From the IMG/VR virus record IMGVR_UViG_3300020165_003419, positions 34,300 through 98,299 of that record: 64,000 nt of DNA, one strand, 5' to 3'. Under the pieces are notes generated by a model. It did not search any database. It saw only the letters and a program-made list of their open reading frames with translations, and was not told where the DNA came from. The stretch's first letter is position 1; the number at the start of each line of letters is the position of its first letter. Below, one piece after another: positions 10,413 to 20,508 of this stretch. The DNA is from a virus. Made by a program: the position numbers and the translations under genes.

Positions 10413-11396
10413 TTACGTAGAGAACACGTTTGTGCTAACCACGTATTTATCTCCAAAAGGTTTAGTATAATTAACATCCCACAAAGTCTTGTTAACTCTG
10501 CTGTGGTATAAACTCGGTAAAACCCAAGCTATAGTCTGAGAGGAAGCGAATGCGCATGGTGCAGCATGCCACGGAATTGGAGTAACACTAAGCGAAGCAA
10601 ATGTCGTAACATTTAATAATGCTAAATTGAATACTGAAGACCACAATTCATCTACAACTTCAGACAAATCTCGAAGAGCGTCTCTCACGTGTTCACCTTT
10701 TGCCACACCTTGTAAAATTCTGTGGGTTGGTCCAAGACCTAAAAAGCCAGATTCCTGTTTTACATTTCCAGCGATCAATTCAATTGGGGGTGCGGGCTGT
10801 ATTATCTTACCTCCGCGCGCGTTCTGTTCACCGTTAAAGCCATGACCTTTAAATGCGTGGGCACGACCGGTGACTATTTTTACACCTTCGCGACCAATGA
10901 CTCGTACAGCATCAGCTTTAATTCCAATACCGCTACGACCTTTGATTTTTCCAGCTTGTCCGGGGTCGATGCCAAAGTTTAAGTCGATATCCGTCAGTTG
11001 GCTTATATAGATTCTTGCAGCATCACCACTAAATGAGTTATTGACTGCCATTCCATCTTTTAGTTTTGAATTGGACGCTATTCGACCCACCACTAAATCA
11101 ATTGTGTTCGCCTTTTGAGCACCTTTTCCGCCATAACCAGAAGCTAAGTGTGAGGGTCTATCTGATCCAATCACGATGCCGCAGTTTTTGGAACTGTCAG
11201 TTAGTAACACATTGTTAGCAGCTGCCACAAAGTTTACTCTCGGCTCCTCAACTACAGTGTTAAACAATCCAGAATGACTGCCAACTACATTCATTGTTTG
11301 ATTCTGCTCATCGAGAGTTTGAGCAGGAGGAACTACAATTGTTTGTCTCAACGCACCCAATAAAGAGTGGTCATATAATTTTGATTTTTTTGCCAT
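10413..11396 (-). CDS. Baseplate spike/hub-like protein (gp5 C-terminal-like)
   Basis: Beta-strand repeats (DAARIYISQ, GIGIKADAVRVIGREGVKIVTG); lies directly downstream of the gp5-OB-like gene. Confidence 0.5.
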   Translation of the reverse strand: MAKKSKLYDHSLLGALRQTIVVPPAQTLDEQNQTMNVVGSHSGLFNTVVEEPRVNFVAAANNVLLTDSSKNCGIVIGSDRPSHLASGYGGKGAQKANTIDLVVGRIASNSKLKDGMAVNNSFSGDAARIYISQLTDIDLNFGIDPGQAGKIKGRSGIGIKADAVRVIGREGVKIVTGRAHAFKGHGFNGEQNARGGKIIQPAPPIELIAGNVKQESGFLGLGPTHRILQGVAKGEHVRDALRDLSEVVDELWSSVFNLALLNVTTFASLSVTPIPWHAAPCAFASSQTIAWVLPSLYHSRVNKTLWDVNYTKPFGDKYVVSTNVFST

Positions 11397-11413
11397 TTTT
11401 ACTAACCGATTTA

Positions 11414-12688
11414 TTAAGAACCGTCAACACTCCAGTGCCACGCTTCGTCTTGATAATTTTTAATTTTAAGAGTGCCGTTTCCGCGCAGTCCGATGCTTTT
11501 AAGCCACAAGTGTGCTTCTGAGGAGAATGAAGCTCCAAGTGAGCCTCCAAAATCTATTGCAAGCCCCACATTATGTCTAGACTTTCCTGGGCGAGCAGTC
11601 GGAGGTGTGCACTTTGGACGCGTTGGACTGCTCATGACTTCATTAAAATTTCTGTGTCCACAGTTTGCCATTCTAAGATATATTTGTGTTTCAATTGAAC
11701 GATATCCGCTTGAAAAGCAGATAGGATCAACTCCATTTTCTTCAACGTATGGATCCCACCATGATTGCTGCGTTGCTAATCGGTATACTTCCCGAAGTGT
11801 CGCGACCCACGTTGGGTGACCAGTAACACTAGTTTGTTTGTTATGTTTATTCCTACCAATTTGTTCTGTACGACAATTGGCTACAGGATACTGCGCGATA
11901 AGAGCTTGTTCAGCAGCAGAGGGACTTGCACCAAAAAAATCAGCCGGGAAGCCACATTGCCCGCTTGCTAGCTTAGTATAGCCCAGCTTCGAAGGGTCAT
12001 CAATCAATTGTCTAGAAACTTCATCAATTAAAGGTTGAGCTTGTGCTCGGGTAATATCTGGTATCCGGGGTCCTTCGAAATCAAAAGATGCATACGCAAT
12101 TGTAAGGTCACCAAGATCTTGATCCGGATCGAAATCATCAAATCTAGAAGCTAGATTGGTACACTCGGTTGCCATAGCATTTGCTACTACAGAAGACGAT
12201 GATGCATCAAAAATTTCTGTAAAGATCGCATTCTGAAGGTTAAGTTTTATATCTCCTGCTTGCAACTTCACTATTACCGTGTCTCCAATAGTTGGAATGC
12301 GGCCGGAATAGCCTGCTACTGAAGTAAAGGTAGTATGCATGTTAATAATTTTAATTGCTATGCCAGGAGAGGAGTGCATTTCTAAATTGCAAGGATTGGG
12401 AATAGAAGCATGCGGCGAGATAAACCCATTACCTATAATCCTTCCTTTGAAAGATATACCACCTTCAAGGGTATTATCGTTCCATAAATCACTGGCGCCC
12501 GTAAACACAGCGTTGGCATCTGCTGCAGATTGTGGGATTGGTTTAGTTAATACAATAACAGAAAATTCTGTTTGAGTTCCATACGCATCGTAAGCCAAGG
12601 ACTCTCTAAGCGAGTTAGCCTCTAATTCGGACGCGCCTTGAGCATCTGTAAAAAGATCTGGGTCTATCGCTCTTCTATTCTGTCCCAT
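11414..12688 (-). CDS. gp5-like OB-fold protein with C-terminal M15 (VanY-like) peptidoglycan peptidase
   Basis: IPTIGDTVIV (gp5/VgrG OB-like); SGYRS..Q, PGKSRHNVGLAIDF and EAWHWS are M15 Zn-peptidase motifs. Confidence 0.75.
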   Translation of the reverse strand: MGQNRRAIDPDLFTDAQGASELEANSLRESLAYDAYGTQTEFSVIVLTKPIPQSAADANAVFTGASDLWNDNTLEGGISFKGRIIGNGFISPHASIPNPCNLEMHSSPGIAIKIINMHTTFTSVAGYSGRIPTIGDTVIVKLQAGDIKLNLQNAIFTEIFDASSSSVVANAMATECTNLASRFDDFDPDQDLGDLTIAYASFDFEGPRIPDITRAQAQPLIDEVSRQLIDDPSKLGYTKLASGQCGFPADFFGASPSAAEQALIAQYPVANCRTEQIGRNKHNKQTSVTGHPTWVATLREVYRLATQQSWWDPYVEENGVDPICFSSGYRSIETQIYLRMANCGHRNFNEVMSSPTRPKCTPPTARPGKSRHNVGLAIDFGGSLGASFSSEAHLWLKSIGLRGNGTLKIKNYQDEAWHWSVDGS

Positions 12689-12977
12689 TTAGATCTCCTT
12701 GAATTAAATCAAATAGTTCATCTTTTTCTTTTTGATTCAATTCGACCGGTCCTACTGAGGTTTTTTGTTTTAAATTAATAATTTTAACCAACTGTTCATT
12801 GGACCTTTGCATAGTTTCGATATGTTTTGCAGCGACAGGGCTAAGATACTTATTTTCTTCTGAGTTGTTGGCGATCTGATTTGCAATCTCGTTCAAAAAC
12901 TCTTTTGCAACTTTTCGATCACTTCGAATATTATCTAACGCTTCAGAAATCAATGTATCTATTCTGCTGTCACTCAT
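12675..12977 (-). CDS. Hypothetical helical protein
   Basis: 100-aa ORF overlapping both neighbours. Confidence 0.6.
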   Translation of the reverse strand: MSDSRIDTLISEALDNIRSDRKVAKEFLNEIANQIANNSEENKYLSPVAAKHIETMQRSNEQLVKIINLKQKTSVGPVELNQKEKDELFDLIQGDLNGTE

Positions 12978-13696
12978 AACATACCACCTTCCCAGTCACC
13001 TTTAAATGAATAATACTTCTTTCGAAATTTCTTTAAAGAGTTGACGATCTGTTTTGTATTAAGACCGGTTAATTCTCTCAGATATAAATAAATAGCTTTT
13101 TTGTTAAAAATTTCGATATCTTCTTTTGATTCAAAGAGCACAACTATAGCTTTATATACTTTTAAGTCGTTTTCTTTCATTTGTGTTTCATCCCAAGATG
13201 TCATTTCTTGATAGAATGATTTCCAGAATTCTTCTTCCTCTCTTATCGTAAGATATGATTCGCTAGTAGACAGATATTCTTCCTCAAATCTTTTGGAAAT
13301 ATTATCATAATCAATTTCTCTTTTATTTCTTTTTTGTTGCCTCTTTACCTTATGAATAAACCAATTTTTAGTAATAACCGAGAAGTACGAGAAGGCTTTT
13401 GAGCCTTTGCTTTGATCATATTTGTCTAAGATGGTCATTAGCCAAATTTTGCACTCATCTCTTAGGGAGTCACAATTTGGTAAATTTGTAAATTTATAAG
13501 TAAAAACAATCTTATCAACCATTTGGTCAAATGCTGGTTGTATAAAACTTACGTAAAGCTCTGTTCTTTCGCGAATGCATTGTGTTTGTGAATATCTCAC
13601 TATTGCATCTTCATGAACTTGAGTAAAGTAATGGTTTTTTGTTCTCTTTTTTCTACGTCTCTTGATAGTTGGCTTCTTCGGCGTCGTCGTCGTCAT
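12974..13696 (-). CDS. Phage late-transcription sigma factor (T4 gp55-like)
   Basis: NHYFT.. N-term and KYDQSKGSKAFSYFSVITKNWF (sigma region 2), C-terminal HTH-like segment. Confidence 0.7.
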   Translation of the reverse strand: MTTTTPKKPTIKRRRKKRTKNHYFTQVHEDAIVRYSQTQCIRERTELYVSFIQPAFDQMVDKIVFTYKFTNLPNCDSLRDECKIWLMTILDKYDQSKGSKAFSYFSVITKNWFIHKVKRQQKRNKREIDYDNISKRFEEEYLSTSESYLTIREEEEFWKSFYQEMTSWDETQMKENDLKVYKAIVVLFESKEDIEIFNKKAIYLYLRELTGLNTKQIVNSLKKFRKKYYSFKGDWEGGML

Positions 13697-13994
13697 TATC
13701 AGCGGTTTCCTCTTCTATTAGCGAATATACATATTCGAATGTTTCTAACTGTTCATCGAACGAACGAGCATGGTCGACTAAACTTTTTAAAGTTTCATCT
13801 CCATAAAAAGTATCTGTTTCATACACAGCTTGAATATGGTTTGAAAACGATGAAATCATTCTTTGTAAATCACCTAATTCTTCTGCGACCCACAAAAGTC
13901 TAACTATTGCGGTTCTTGCATATATGAAAACACCTATGTTGAATATAGCCGAGAGCATCAATATGCTCGATAATATAATTTCAAGTCGGCTCAT
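13653..13994 (-). CDS. Membrane-anchored hypothetical protein
   Basis: Hydrophobic N-terminal helix, coiled coil, acidic tail. Confidence 0.6.
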   Translation of the reverse strand: MSRLEIILSSILMLSAIFNIGVFIYARTAIVRLLWVAEELGDLQRMISSFSNHIQAVYETDTFYGDETLKSLVDHARSFDEQLETFEYVYSLIEEETADNDDDDAEEANYQET

Positions 13995-14244
13995 GGGTAT
14001 CTCGCTTAGCGTTCTTTTTTTCTTGTTCTAAAATCTCTCTATTTTTCTCAATGTATTCTTTTGTCGTCTCACCGATTTTTTGAATATCAGTGTTTCTGTT
14101 CTTATAGAGAGGAGTCGTTAACAGCTTTACCATTGTACCAAACTCTTGACAATTTGTGCAGAAATCTATTTTATCATTCATTGAATGAACAATAATCATG
14201 TTTACTTCACAACTAGAACACTGGTAGTTATAGCGCGGCATCAC
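13981..14244 (-). CDS. FmdB-family zinc-ribbon protein
   Basis: MPRYNYQCSSC...CTNC pattern. Confidence 0.75.
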   Translation of the reverse strand: MMPRYNYQCSSCEVNMIIVHSMNDKIDFCTNCQEFGTMVKLLTTPLYKNRNTDIQKIGETTKEYIEKNREILEQEKKNAKRDTHEPT

Positions 14245-14465
14245 TCAACCATGTTTAGCAAATCTTCTTTTGTGATCTCACTTTCGCTAGAAACACGTAC
14301 AGTAGGGGGGTTTGTAACAGTGAGTCCTTCTTCGGTGGCCACTAATTCAAATCCTTTTAGGATTGGAACAATGTCGATTTGATTTAACAAAGATTCTTGT
14401 AACGCCATCATTACGGCGCCGAGAGCCTGATTTGATAGTTTATAAGTTTCAGTATTATTATCCAT
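14241..14465 (-). CDS. Small hypothetical protein
   Basis: Start moved to MDNNTE (ATG 14465, AAGGA upstream). Confidence 0.6.
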   Translation of the reverse strand: MDNNTETYKLSNQALGAVMMALQESLLNQIDIVPILKGFELVATEEGLTVTNPPTVRVSSESEITKEDLLNMVE

Positions 14466-15321
14466 TTTTATTTCCTTTGTTGTTTGATGTGGCTCCTTCA
14501 ATTTTGAGCCAATCGTGGTTTTCTCTTACTTCTAAATTCTTTTGCCAAGATGCTGACATAACTGTGGGTTCTATATCGTTGTCTTCGTAATATTTGATAA
14601 ATCCGTTAATATCCTTTGGAAAACATTTTCCACCATAGCCTAGGCTACCGTCGTGTCCTGGGACGTCTGTATGTGAGTTACCTATCCGTCCGTCACTGAG
14701 GAACCCAGTCATTATTGATTGCCAGTTTAAATCTTTCATGTTTGCCATTTGATACATTTCGTTCATGAATGATACTTTAACGGAAAAGAAGCAATTGCAC
14801 ATATACTTTATAAATTCAGCTGACTGTGTGTCAGTCTCTATAATCTGAGTTGCTGTGAATCGATCCCGGTACAGCTCTTTAACTCTTTGAGATAACTCTT
14901 TATGCTCAGCGCCGATTACAATTCTTGAAGTATTAATAAAGTCTAAGCGTGCAGTTCTTTCCGTTAAAAACTCTGGATTAAAGACTATATTCAGAGTAGG
15001 ATAACGTTCAATGTATTTTAAAGTTGTGCCGGGGACTGCTGTTGATTTAACAATAACAATATTGTTCGATTGTTGATTTACTTTCTCTATCTGGTCAAGC
15101 ACTTGATCTAAAATAGATAAGTCAATCTCTCCGCCGTGACCAATGTTCATCGGTGTGGGCACGCTTACAAAAATAAACTCTGATTCATTAACCACTTCTT
15201 CAAATGTGTGAGTAGAACGCCTTTCATCAGCATCATATATTTTTACATTCGCGTGGAGCGTAAATCCAGATGCAATTGCGGAGCCGACAAAGCCATTTCC
15301 TATAATCCCAACATTCTTCAT
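14458..15321 (-). CDS. ugd: UDP-glucose/GDP-mannose 6-dehydrogenase (short form lacking C-terminal domain)
   Basis: GNGFVG Rossmann motif, VPTP, KSTAVPG, NPEFL, catalytic GYGGKCFPKD. Confidence 0.9.
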   Translation of the reverse strand: MKNVGIIGNGFVGSAIASGFTLHANVKIYDADERRSTHTFEEVVNESEFIFVSVPTPMNIGHGGEIDLSILDQVLDQIEKVNQQSNNIVIVKSTAVPGTTLKYIERYPTLNIVFNPEFLTERTARLDFINTSRIVIGAEHKELSQRVKELYRDRFTATQIIETDTQSAEFIKYMCNCFFSVKVSFMNEMYQMANMKDLNWQSIMTGFLSDGRIGNSHTDVPGHDGSLGYGGKCFPKDINGFIKYYEDNDIEPTVMSASWQKNLEVRENHDWLKIEGATSNNKGNKNG

Positions 15322-15323
15322 GT

Positions 15324-16139
15324 TTATAATTCCTTAAAGTTTAAATATTTTTGGTGCACAAAAGATGCGCTTGGGTGCCAGTCATGTTCACTAAAGAAAC
15401 ATGTTTTAGTGTTATGTGGGTTCCAATTTTCTTCGTATCGAATCTTGTTGTTAGGTATGGACCACACAACATGAGGTGTATTACACAAACTCGCTAAATG
15501 CATAGGACCAGATGAAGGACCAAATGCACACTTAGCATTATACAGCAAATTAAATAAAGTTTGTAACTCGATACCTCTCTTGTCGTCAGTACCTTCAATC
15601 CATCCAGATTCTGCTTCGGTACCTATACAAGCTATTTTCTTGTCTCCTAACAGGTTACTTAATTCTTTCCAGTTATCAAGACTCCAATTATCTTCTGGGC
15701 GAACTGTTTGTCTATTTCTAATGTGGAATATATAGTCATAGCTCTCATTTTGTTCTGACCCGTATATTTTATATTCTGGCTTAATGGTATGATTTCCAAA
15801 AATTACCGGCTGAGAGAAGTGCGTAAACGGCGGCAACCCTATTCTTCTGGGTACCACCAATGCAGTTTCTTTATCGAGTTTTATTCCATTATCGACTACC
15901 AATTTTTTAAAGTCTTTACCAAAGTCTACACCATGCATAAAAAAAGAATCAACAACTCCGCCAACAGGCACATGTTCATAGAAATCATCACAGAAATCAT
16001 CATACAACGGCTTTGAGTTTGGTCGAGAGATTATTGTAGTGTGTTCAAACTTTCTGGATAGTGCACGGATATATCCTTGCCATGCAAAAAGCTCCCAGCC
16101 GAACTCGCCAACCCAAGGTCCCGCAATCAATTTTTTCAT
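15324..16139 (-). CDS. Glycosyltransferase family 9-like (heptosyltransferase-like)
   Basis: NWSLDNWKEL and FGPSSGPMHLAS resemble the GT9 W..E.W and DSGPMHLA motifs. Confidence 0.6.
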   Translation of the reverse strand: MKKLIAGPWVGEFGWELFAWQGYIRALSRKFEHTTIISRPNSKPLYDDFCDDFYEHVPVGGVVDSFFMHGVDFGKDFKKLVVDNGIKLDKETALVVPRRIGLPPFTHFSQPVIFGNHTIKPEYKIYGSEQNESYDYIFHIRNRQTVRPEDNWSLDNWKELSNLLGDKKIACIGTEAESGWIEGTDDKRGIELQTLFNLLYNAKCAFGPSSGPMHLASLCNTPHVVWSIPNNKIRYEENWNPHNTKTCFFSEHDWHPSASFVHQKYLNFKEL

Positions 16140-16843
16140 TTATAAAGTCTCTGGTAATCTAGTTTTGCTTGGTGAATTTTGTTTTTAGCCTCGGAAGGAT
16201 CAAACACCCCTTGACCAGCATAGTGTATTATATGGGAATCAAATCTATTTGGGGAACCGTTCCATTCCTCAGAAAACATTGTCATGTGATTATAATGATA
16301 ACTCAATTGTTTGACTTTGTAACCATATTTATTTATTAAATAACCAATATGAATATCATCTGTGCCCCAATCAACAAAATATTTACCGTCAATTTTTCGA
16401 TAAATGTCTCGGTGCATTTTTGATGTAACAAAAACACCGGTGTTAATATAGTTATCTCTCCATCCGATATCACCATATTGTGACTGGGCATTCAACATAC
16501 ACTGCACTCTTTGACCTTTCCGGGAACCCACATCTTCGTAAATTGAACCAATGTGATCCTCTGGCACTTCTTCAAATAGATTAGGACAGTTAGGCGCCAG
16601 AAGCATATCTGAATCGAGGTGCAGAATTCTATCATATTCTTCGTGAAGATCGTAGTGCTTCATTATTCGATACTGATATACTCCGTTTCCGATGCCACCT
16701 ACAGCTTCCTTACAGTCTACCGCTTCATCCAAGACAATAAAATCTGCTCCAACTCTTTCAGCATATCGACGAATAATCGGATGTGTTAATTCAACCCAAT
16801 CTAAACAGACTGCGTCTGCTCTTGTTGTAACCAAAAGACTCAC
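16136..16843 (-). CDS. GT-A fold glycosyltransferase (GT8-like)
   Basis: ILHLDSD DxD motif, YINTGVF, IIHYAG. Confidence 0.75.
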   Translation of the reverse strand: MSLLVTTRADAVCLDWVELTHPIIRRYAERVGADFIVLDEAVDCKEAVGGIGNGVYQYRIMKHYDLHEEYDRILHLDSDMLLAPNCPNLFEEVPEDHIGSIYEDVGSRKGQRVQCMLNAQSQYGDIGWRDNYINTGVFVTSKMHRDIYRKIDGKYFVDWGTDDIHIGYLINKYGYKVKQLSYHYNHMTMFSEEWNGSPNRFDSHIIHYAGQGVFDPSEAKNKIHQAKLDYQRLYK

Positions 16844-17574
16844 GCATCACCTTTCTTTTCCATATATACTAATGCGTTAGTGGAGTGGTAAGAGTTGAGT
16901 GTGCCGGCATCGGCCCACCTTTCTTCCAAAATAGAATAACCACAGGTCCCTTCTTCAATAAATTTGTTATTAATACTTGTGATCTCATACTCACCGCGGT
17001 CTGACATGTCGGCATGTTCAATAATATCAAATACACCATTGGTGTAGAAATAGATCCCTACACACGCCAATTTGCTTTTTGGGTGTGCTGGTTTCTCTTC
17101 TATTTCGATGATCTTATCTCCCTCAAAAACGCCAACTCCGTACCTTCTTGGATCATCTACATGTTTAAAAAATACTTTACAGTTATCTTCTGAGCTTAAA
17201 AAGTGCTCTACGTGAGGTCTTAGATCTTCTTTGAAAATGTTATCTCCCAGAATTACAACGCACGAACTATCTCCCACAAATCCCTCACATAAACGCAGGG
17301 CGCCAGCAATTCCATCAGGCTTGTCTTGTACCTTGTAAGTAAAACTACACCCGTGATCTGCTCCAGAGCCAAGGAGAGACATCATATCCCCACAGTGTTC
17401 TACTCCGGTTACAATCATAATATCTTTTATTCCTGCTTCTACAAGGCGCGCTATCGGATGATAAATCATAGGTACATCCCCAACTGGTAGCAGGTGTTTA
17501 TTTGTTACTTTAGTAAGCGGGTACAGACGAGTGCCCATTCCACCAGCCAGTACTATTCCTTTAATGTTTTTCAT
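16840..17574 (-). CDS. rmlA: Glucose-1-phosphate thymidylyltransferase
   Basis: GIVLAGGMGTRLYPLTKVTNKHLLPV, LGDN, EEKP, RGEYEIT, WADAGT. Confidence 0.9.
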   Translation of the reverse strand: MKNIKGIVLAGGMGTRLYPLTKVTNKHLLPVGDVPMIYHPIARLVEAGIKDIMIVTGVEHCGDMMSLLGSGADHGCSFTYKVQDKPDGIAGALRLCEGFVGDSSCVVILGDNIFKEDLRPHVEHFLSSEDNCKVFFKHVDDPRRYGVGVFEGDKIIEIEEKPAHPKSKLACVGIYFYTNGVFDIIEHADMSDRGEYEITSINNKFIEEGTCGYSILEERWADAGTLNSYHSTNALVYMEKKGDA

Positions 17575-18514
17575 TATACCACTCTATTGTTTTTTTCAAT
17601 CCGTCTTCAAAAGTCGTTGAGGGATTCCAACCTAACTCATTAATAATTTTACTACTATCAATTGCATATCTTTGGTCATGACCCAGGCGATCTTTAACAT
17701 ATTCAATGCTTTCGGACGGCTTTACATTCATTATAGCACATATTTCTTCAATAACATCAATATTTTTCTTTTCACAATCGGAACCTATACAATAAGTTTC
17801 CCCAGTTCTTCCTTTTGTAAAGACATCCCATATTGCTGCACAGTGATCTTCGACGTAAATCCAGTCTCTGATATTAGTACCGCTGCCGTACAGTGGGATT
17901 TTTCTGCCGTCTAATATACAATTAATGACAGTGGGAATAAATTTTTCACTGTGTTGATTGGGTCCATAATTATTTGAGCAATTCGATATAGTTATAGGCA
18001 TATCGTATGTGTGGTGGTACGCACGCACAAGCATATCAGACGATGCTTTTGATGCAGAATATGGATTCTTTGGGTTATAAGGGGTATTTTCGTCAAACTT
18101 GCCGGTTGGTCCCAGATCCCCATATACCTCATCAGTCGATACATGATGAAATCTTTGGATATCAAACTCCATGCACATCTTTAACAAATTAAAAGTACCA
18201 ACAATGTTGCTTTGAATAAAAGCACTAGCATCTTTAATTGAGTTATCAACATGACTCTCGGCGGCCAAATGAATTATATGTGTAATCTTATGATTGTATA
18301 TGGTTCCTCTAAGGTTTTCAATGTCGCATAAGTCAATTTTTGCGAAAGAATACTTTGGGTTATTGATAAACTCATCTGTATTCTTTAAATCTGCGGCATA
18401 TGTCAGAGAATCCAAATTAACAATCTTGGAGACTTCGCTTGTTTTCTGTTCTAATATAAATTTTATGAGGTTGGAGCCGATAAAGCCACAACCTCCTGTT
18501 ACAAGTATATTCAT
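17561..18514 (-). CDS. rmlB: dTDP-glucose 4,6-dehydratase
   Basis: TGGCGFIGSN, LTYA, HLAAESHVD, VSTDEVYG, PYSASKA, NCSNNYGP. Confidence 0.95.
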   Translation of the reverse strand: MNILVTGGCGFIGSNLIKFILEQKTSEVSKIVNLDSLTYAADLKNTDEFINNPKYSFAKIDLCDIENLRGTIYNHKITHIIHLAAESHVDNSIKDASAFIQSNIVGTFNLLKMCMEFDIQRFHHVSTDEVYGDLGPTGKFDENTPYNPKNPYSASKASSDMLVRAYHHTYDMPITISNCSNNYGPNQHSEKFIPTVINCILDGRKIPLYGSGTNIRDWIYVEDHCAAIWDVFTKGRTGETYCIGSDCEKKNIDVIEEICAIMNVKPSESIEYVKDRLGHDQRYAIDSSKIINELGWNPSTTFEDGLKKTIEWYNEKH

Positions 18515-19161
18515 TATTTTCTAAACCCATATAGTTCATTACTATAATAACTTGTTTCAAAACCTAATGCAACTAATTTATTTGATAAACCGTCTATTAA
18601 TCGCTGTAATAAACCCGGGTCACTTGGATCCTGAATATAATGAACTTCCATTGACAACTGTTTTATTTTTTCTGCTACTTCAAGAGTCATAGTCTCCACT
18701 AAATCAAATTCAGCGCCTTCAATATCTAACTTTAGGTAATCTATTTGTCCCAATTCATATAAATCAAATATCTTTTTTAAGGTAATTGTTTCAACTATTG
18801 TTTCTTTTCTTTTTTTTCCACGTTCAGCAGCAAATGGGTCGTACATCCCGTTCATATTGCCCCACTCTGGGAGGTCTTCATATTCAATAAATTTTTCGTG
18901 GGTGTTACTGCTTTCTCCCACTAAGATTTTGTTGTATATTTTTACGTCCGAAACTCCTTTAAATTCAGCAGGCATGTTTGCGCTGTTTAGTGAAGAAGCT
19001 TCGAAACCTATGATCTTAAATTTTTCTGGATTTGTGTAGCAATGCAATTCATTAATAAAATCACCTTGACATACTCCTCCATCAATTATAGTTGCATTTT
19101 CTGGCAACATTTCAAAATTAATAATGTGTCCCAGATGTTTGCCTAAATATATGAGCGACAT
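18514..19161 (-). CDS. FkbM-family methyltransferase
   Basis: IIDGG..G, GFEA, YLKLDIEGAE, QLSMEVH. Confidence 0.85.
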   Translation of the reverse strand: MSLIYLGKHLGHIINFEMLPENATIIDGGVCQGDFINELHCYTNPEKFKIIGFEASSLNSANMPAEFKGVSDVKIYNKILVGESSNTHEKFIEYEDLPEWGNMNGMYDPFAAERGKKRKETIVETITLKKIFDLYELGQIDYLKLDIEGAEFDLVETMTLEVAEKIKQLSMEVHYIQDPSDPGLLQRLIDGLSNKLVALGFETSYYSNELYGFRK

Positions 19162-19170
19162 GTTCCTGCT

Positions 19171-20508
19171 TTATTTTTTAACGTTATTTATATTTGTGCC
19201 AATTGGCGTTGATGTTGATTGGGCTTCTAATTCTCTCATATCCCCAAATCCACCAAATTGCGATGAATCTTCTTGTCTTTCGCATAACAACAAATCATAC
19301 TTAGTCTTAAAATATGCTTGCTGGGCTTTTAATTCGATGTTCGTAAAATGTTCTGTGGACCAGAAATCATTTGAATATTCATCTGCTGTTTCCCAGTTTA
19401 CGTTCTCGTGCAACTTTGGATCGTATAATTGTGTTCCGGGATACGGGCATAAAATTGTAAACCCAACCACATCTGGTCTAATCTCATCAATTAATTTTTC
19501 AGTGAGCAGTAGGTCTTCTCTTGTTTCATTAGGCATACCAAACAAGAAGAAGCCGCGTCTTTCTACTCCATATTTCTTAGCCCAAGCAAATACATTCTTG
19601 ATTGTTTTAACCTGTAGACCCTTGCCAACGTCGCGGAGGATTCTATCACTACCGCTTTCACATCCAATATTTACTTGGTGACACTGGGATTCTTTAAGCC
19701 ATTTAAACATCTCTTCGCTTGCAAAGCTAGCATGAATAAGGCACTCCCATTCTGTGGTGATTCCTCTCTTGATTTTTTCTTTGCAAAACTCAATAACAAA
19801 AGCAGCTGAGATATCAAAGGTTGCATCTACAAACTTAAAGTAAGTCAAGTCAAGTTCTTCGATTACTGATTCTATTTCATCACAAAGCTCGCTAACATCT
19901 CTGCTTCTGATCGGATTGTTGCGGCGGTGAAACCTGCCCGACACAATTCGTTCTGCACAAAAAGCGCAGTTAACAGGACATACCCTGTTACATTGAAAGG
20001 ATGCTGTGCGCTTACCATTCATGGACTCGCACAAATCAACGGTTCTGTAATTTTTGATTATACTACGGTCTGGCCATGGCAATTCTTGCATTGGCGGCTT
20101 GGTTCCTTGTATAACAGGGTCTGTTCGACCATTTACAATTTCTAAGAACACCTCTTCACCTTCGCCAATAACAACTTGATCAACATAAGGATGTGCAGCG
20201 CACTCTTGTGGGAGTGCTGATGGATGGAAGCCACCAAATACTGTTCGTATTTCAGGATTTCTTTTCTTCATTGCCTCTGCTAATCTTAGGGCATGCGGCC
20301 ATGCAGGAGAGGTGCAAGAAAACCCTACAACATCTGCGTCAATTGAGCCTTCAATAATCACTTCATCTGTATCAAAGTTTCCCTGGTAGCATTCTACCTC
20401 AAGATCTCCAACAAAATGTTTCTTCAAATACCCCGCAATGAAGCCTAAACCAATTGGTTCCCAGATATTTTCATAATATGGTTGTACTAATACTACTTTT
20501 GTTGTCAT
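19171..20508 (-). CDS. Cobalamin-binding radical SAM protein (class B methylase-like)
   Basis: EPIGLGFIAG / VFGGFHPS / GEGE B12-binding domain; CPVNCAFC cluster motif; GCESGS; PYPGT. Confidence 0.9.
   Translation of the reverse strand: MTTKVVLVQPYYENIWEPIGLGFIAGYLKKHFVGDLEVECYQGNFDTDEVIIEGSIDADVVGFSCTSPAWPHALRLAEAMKKRNPEIRTVFGGFHPSALPQECAAHPYVDQVVIGEGEEVFLEIVNGRTDPVIQGTKPPMQELPWPDRSIIKNYRTVDLCESMNGKRTASFQCNRVCPVNCAFCAERIVSGRFHRRNNPIRSRDVSELCDEIESVIEELDLTYFKFVDATFDISAAFVIEFCKEKIKRGITTEWECLIHASFASEEMFKWLKESQCHQVNIGCESGSDRILRDVGKGLQVKTIKNVFAWAKKYGVERRGFFLFGMPNETREDLLLTEKLIDEIRPDVVGFTILCPYPGTQLYDPKLHENVNWETADEYSNDFWSTEHFTNIELKAQQAYFKTKYDLLLCERQEDSSQFGGFGDMRELEAQSTSTPIGTNINNVKK

Noticed and set aside
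12675-12977. Terminase small subunit call
   Set aside because: Only size and helical character fit; no large terminase nearby and no motif I can support.
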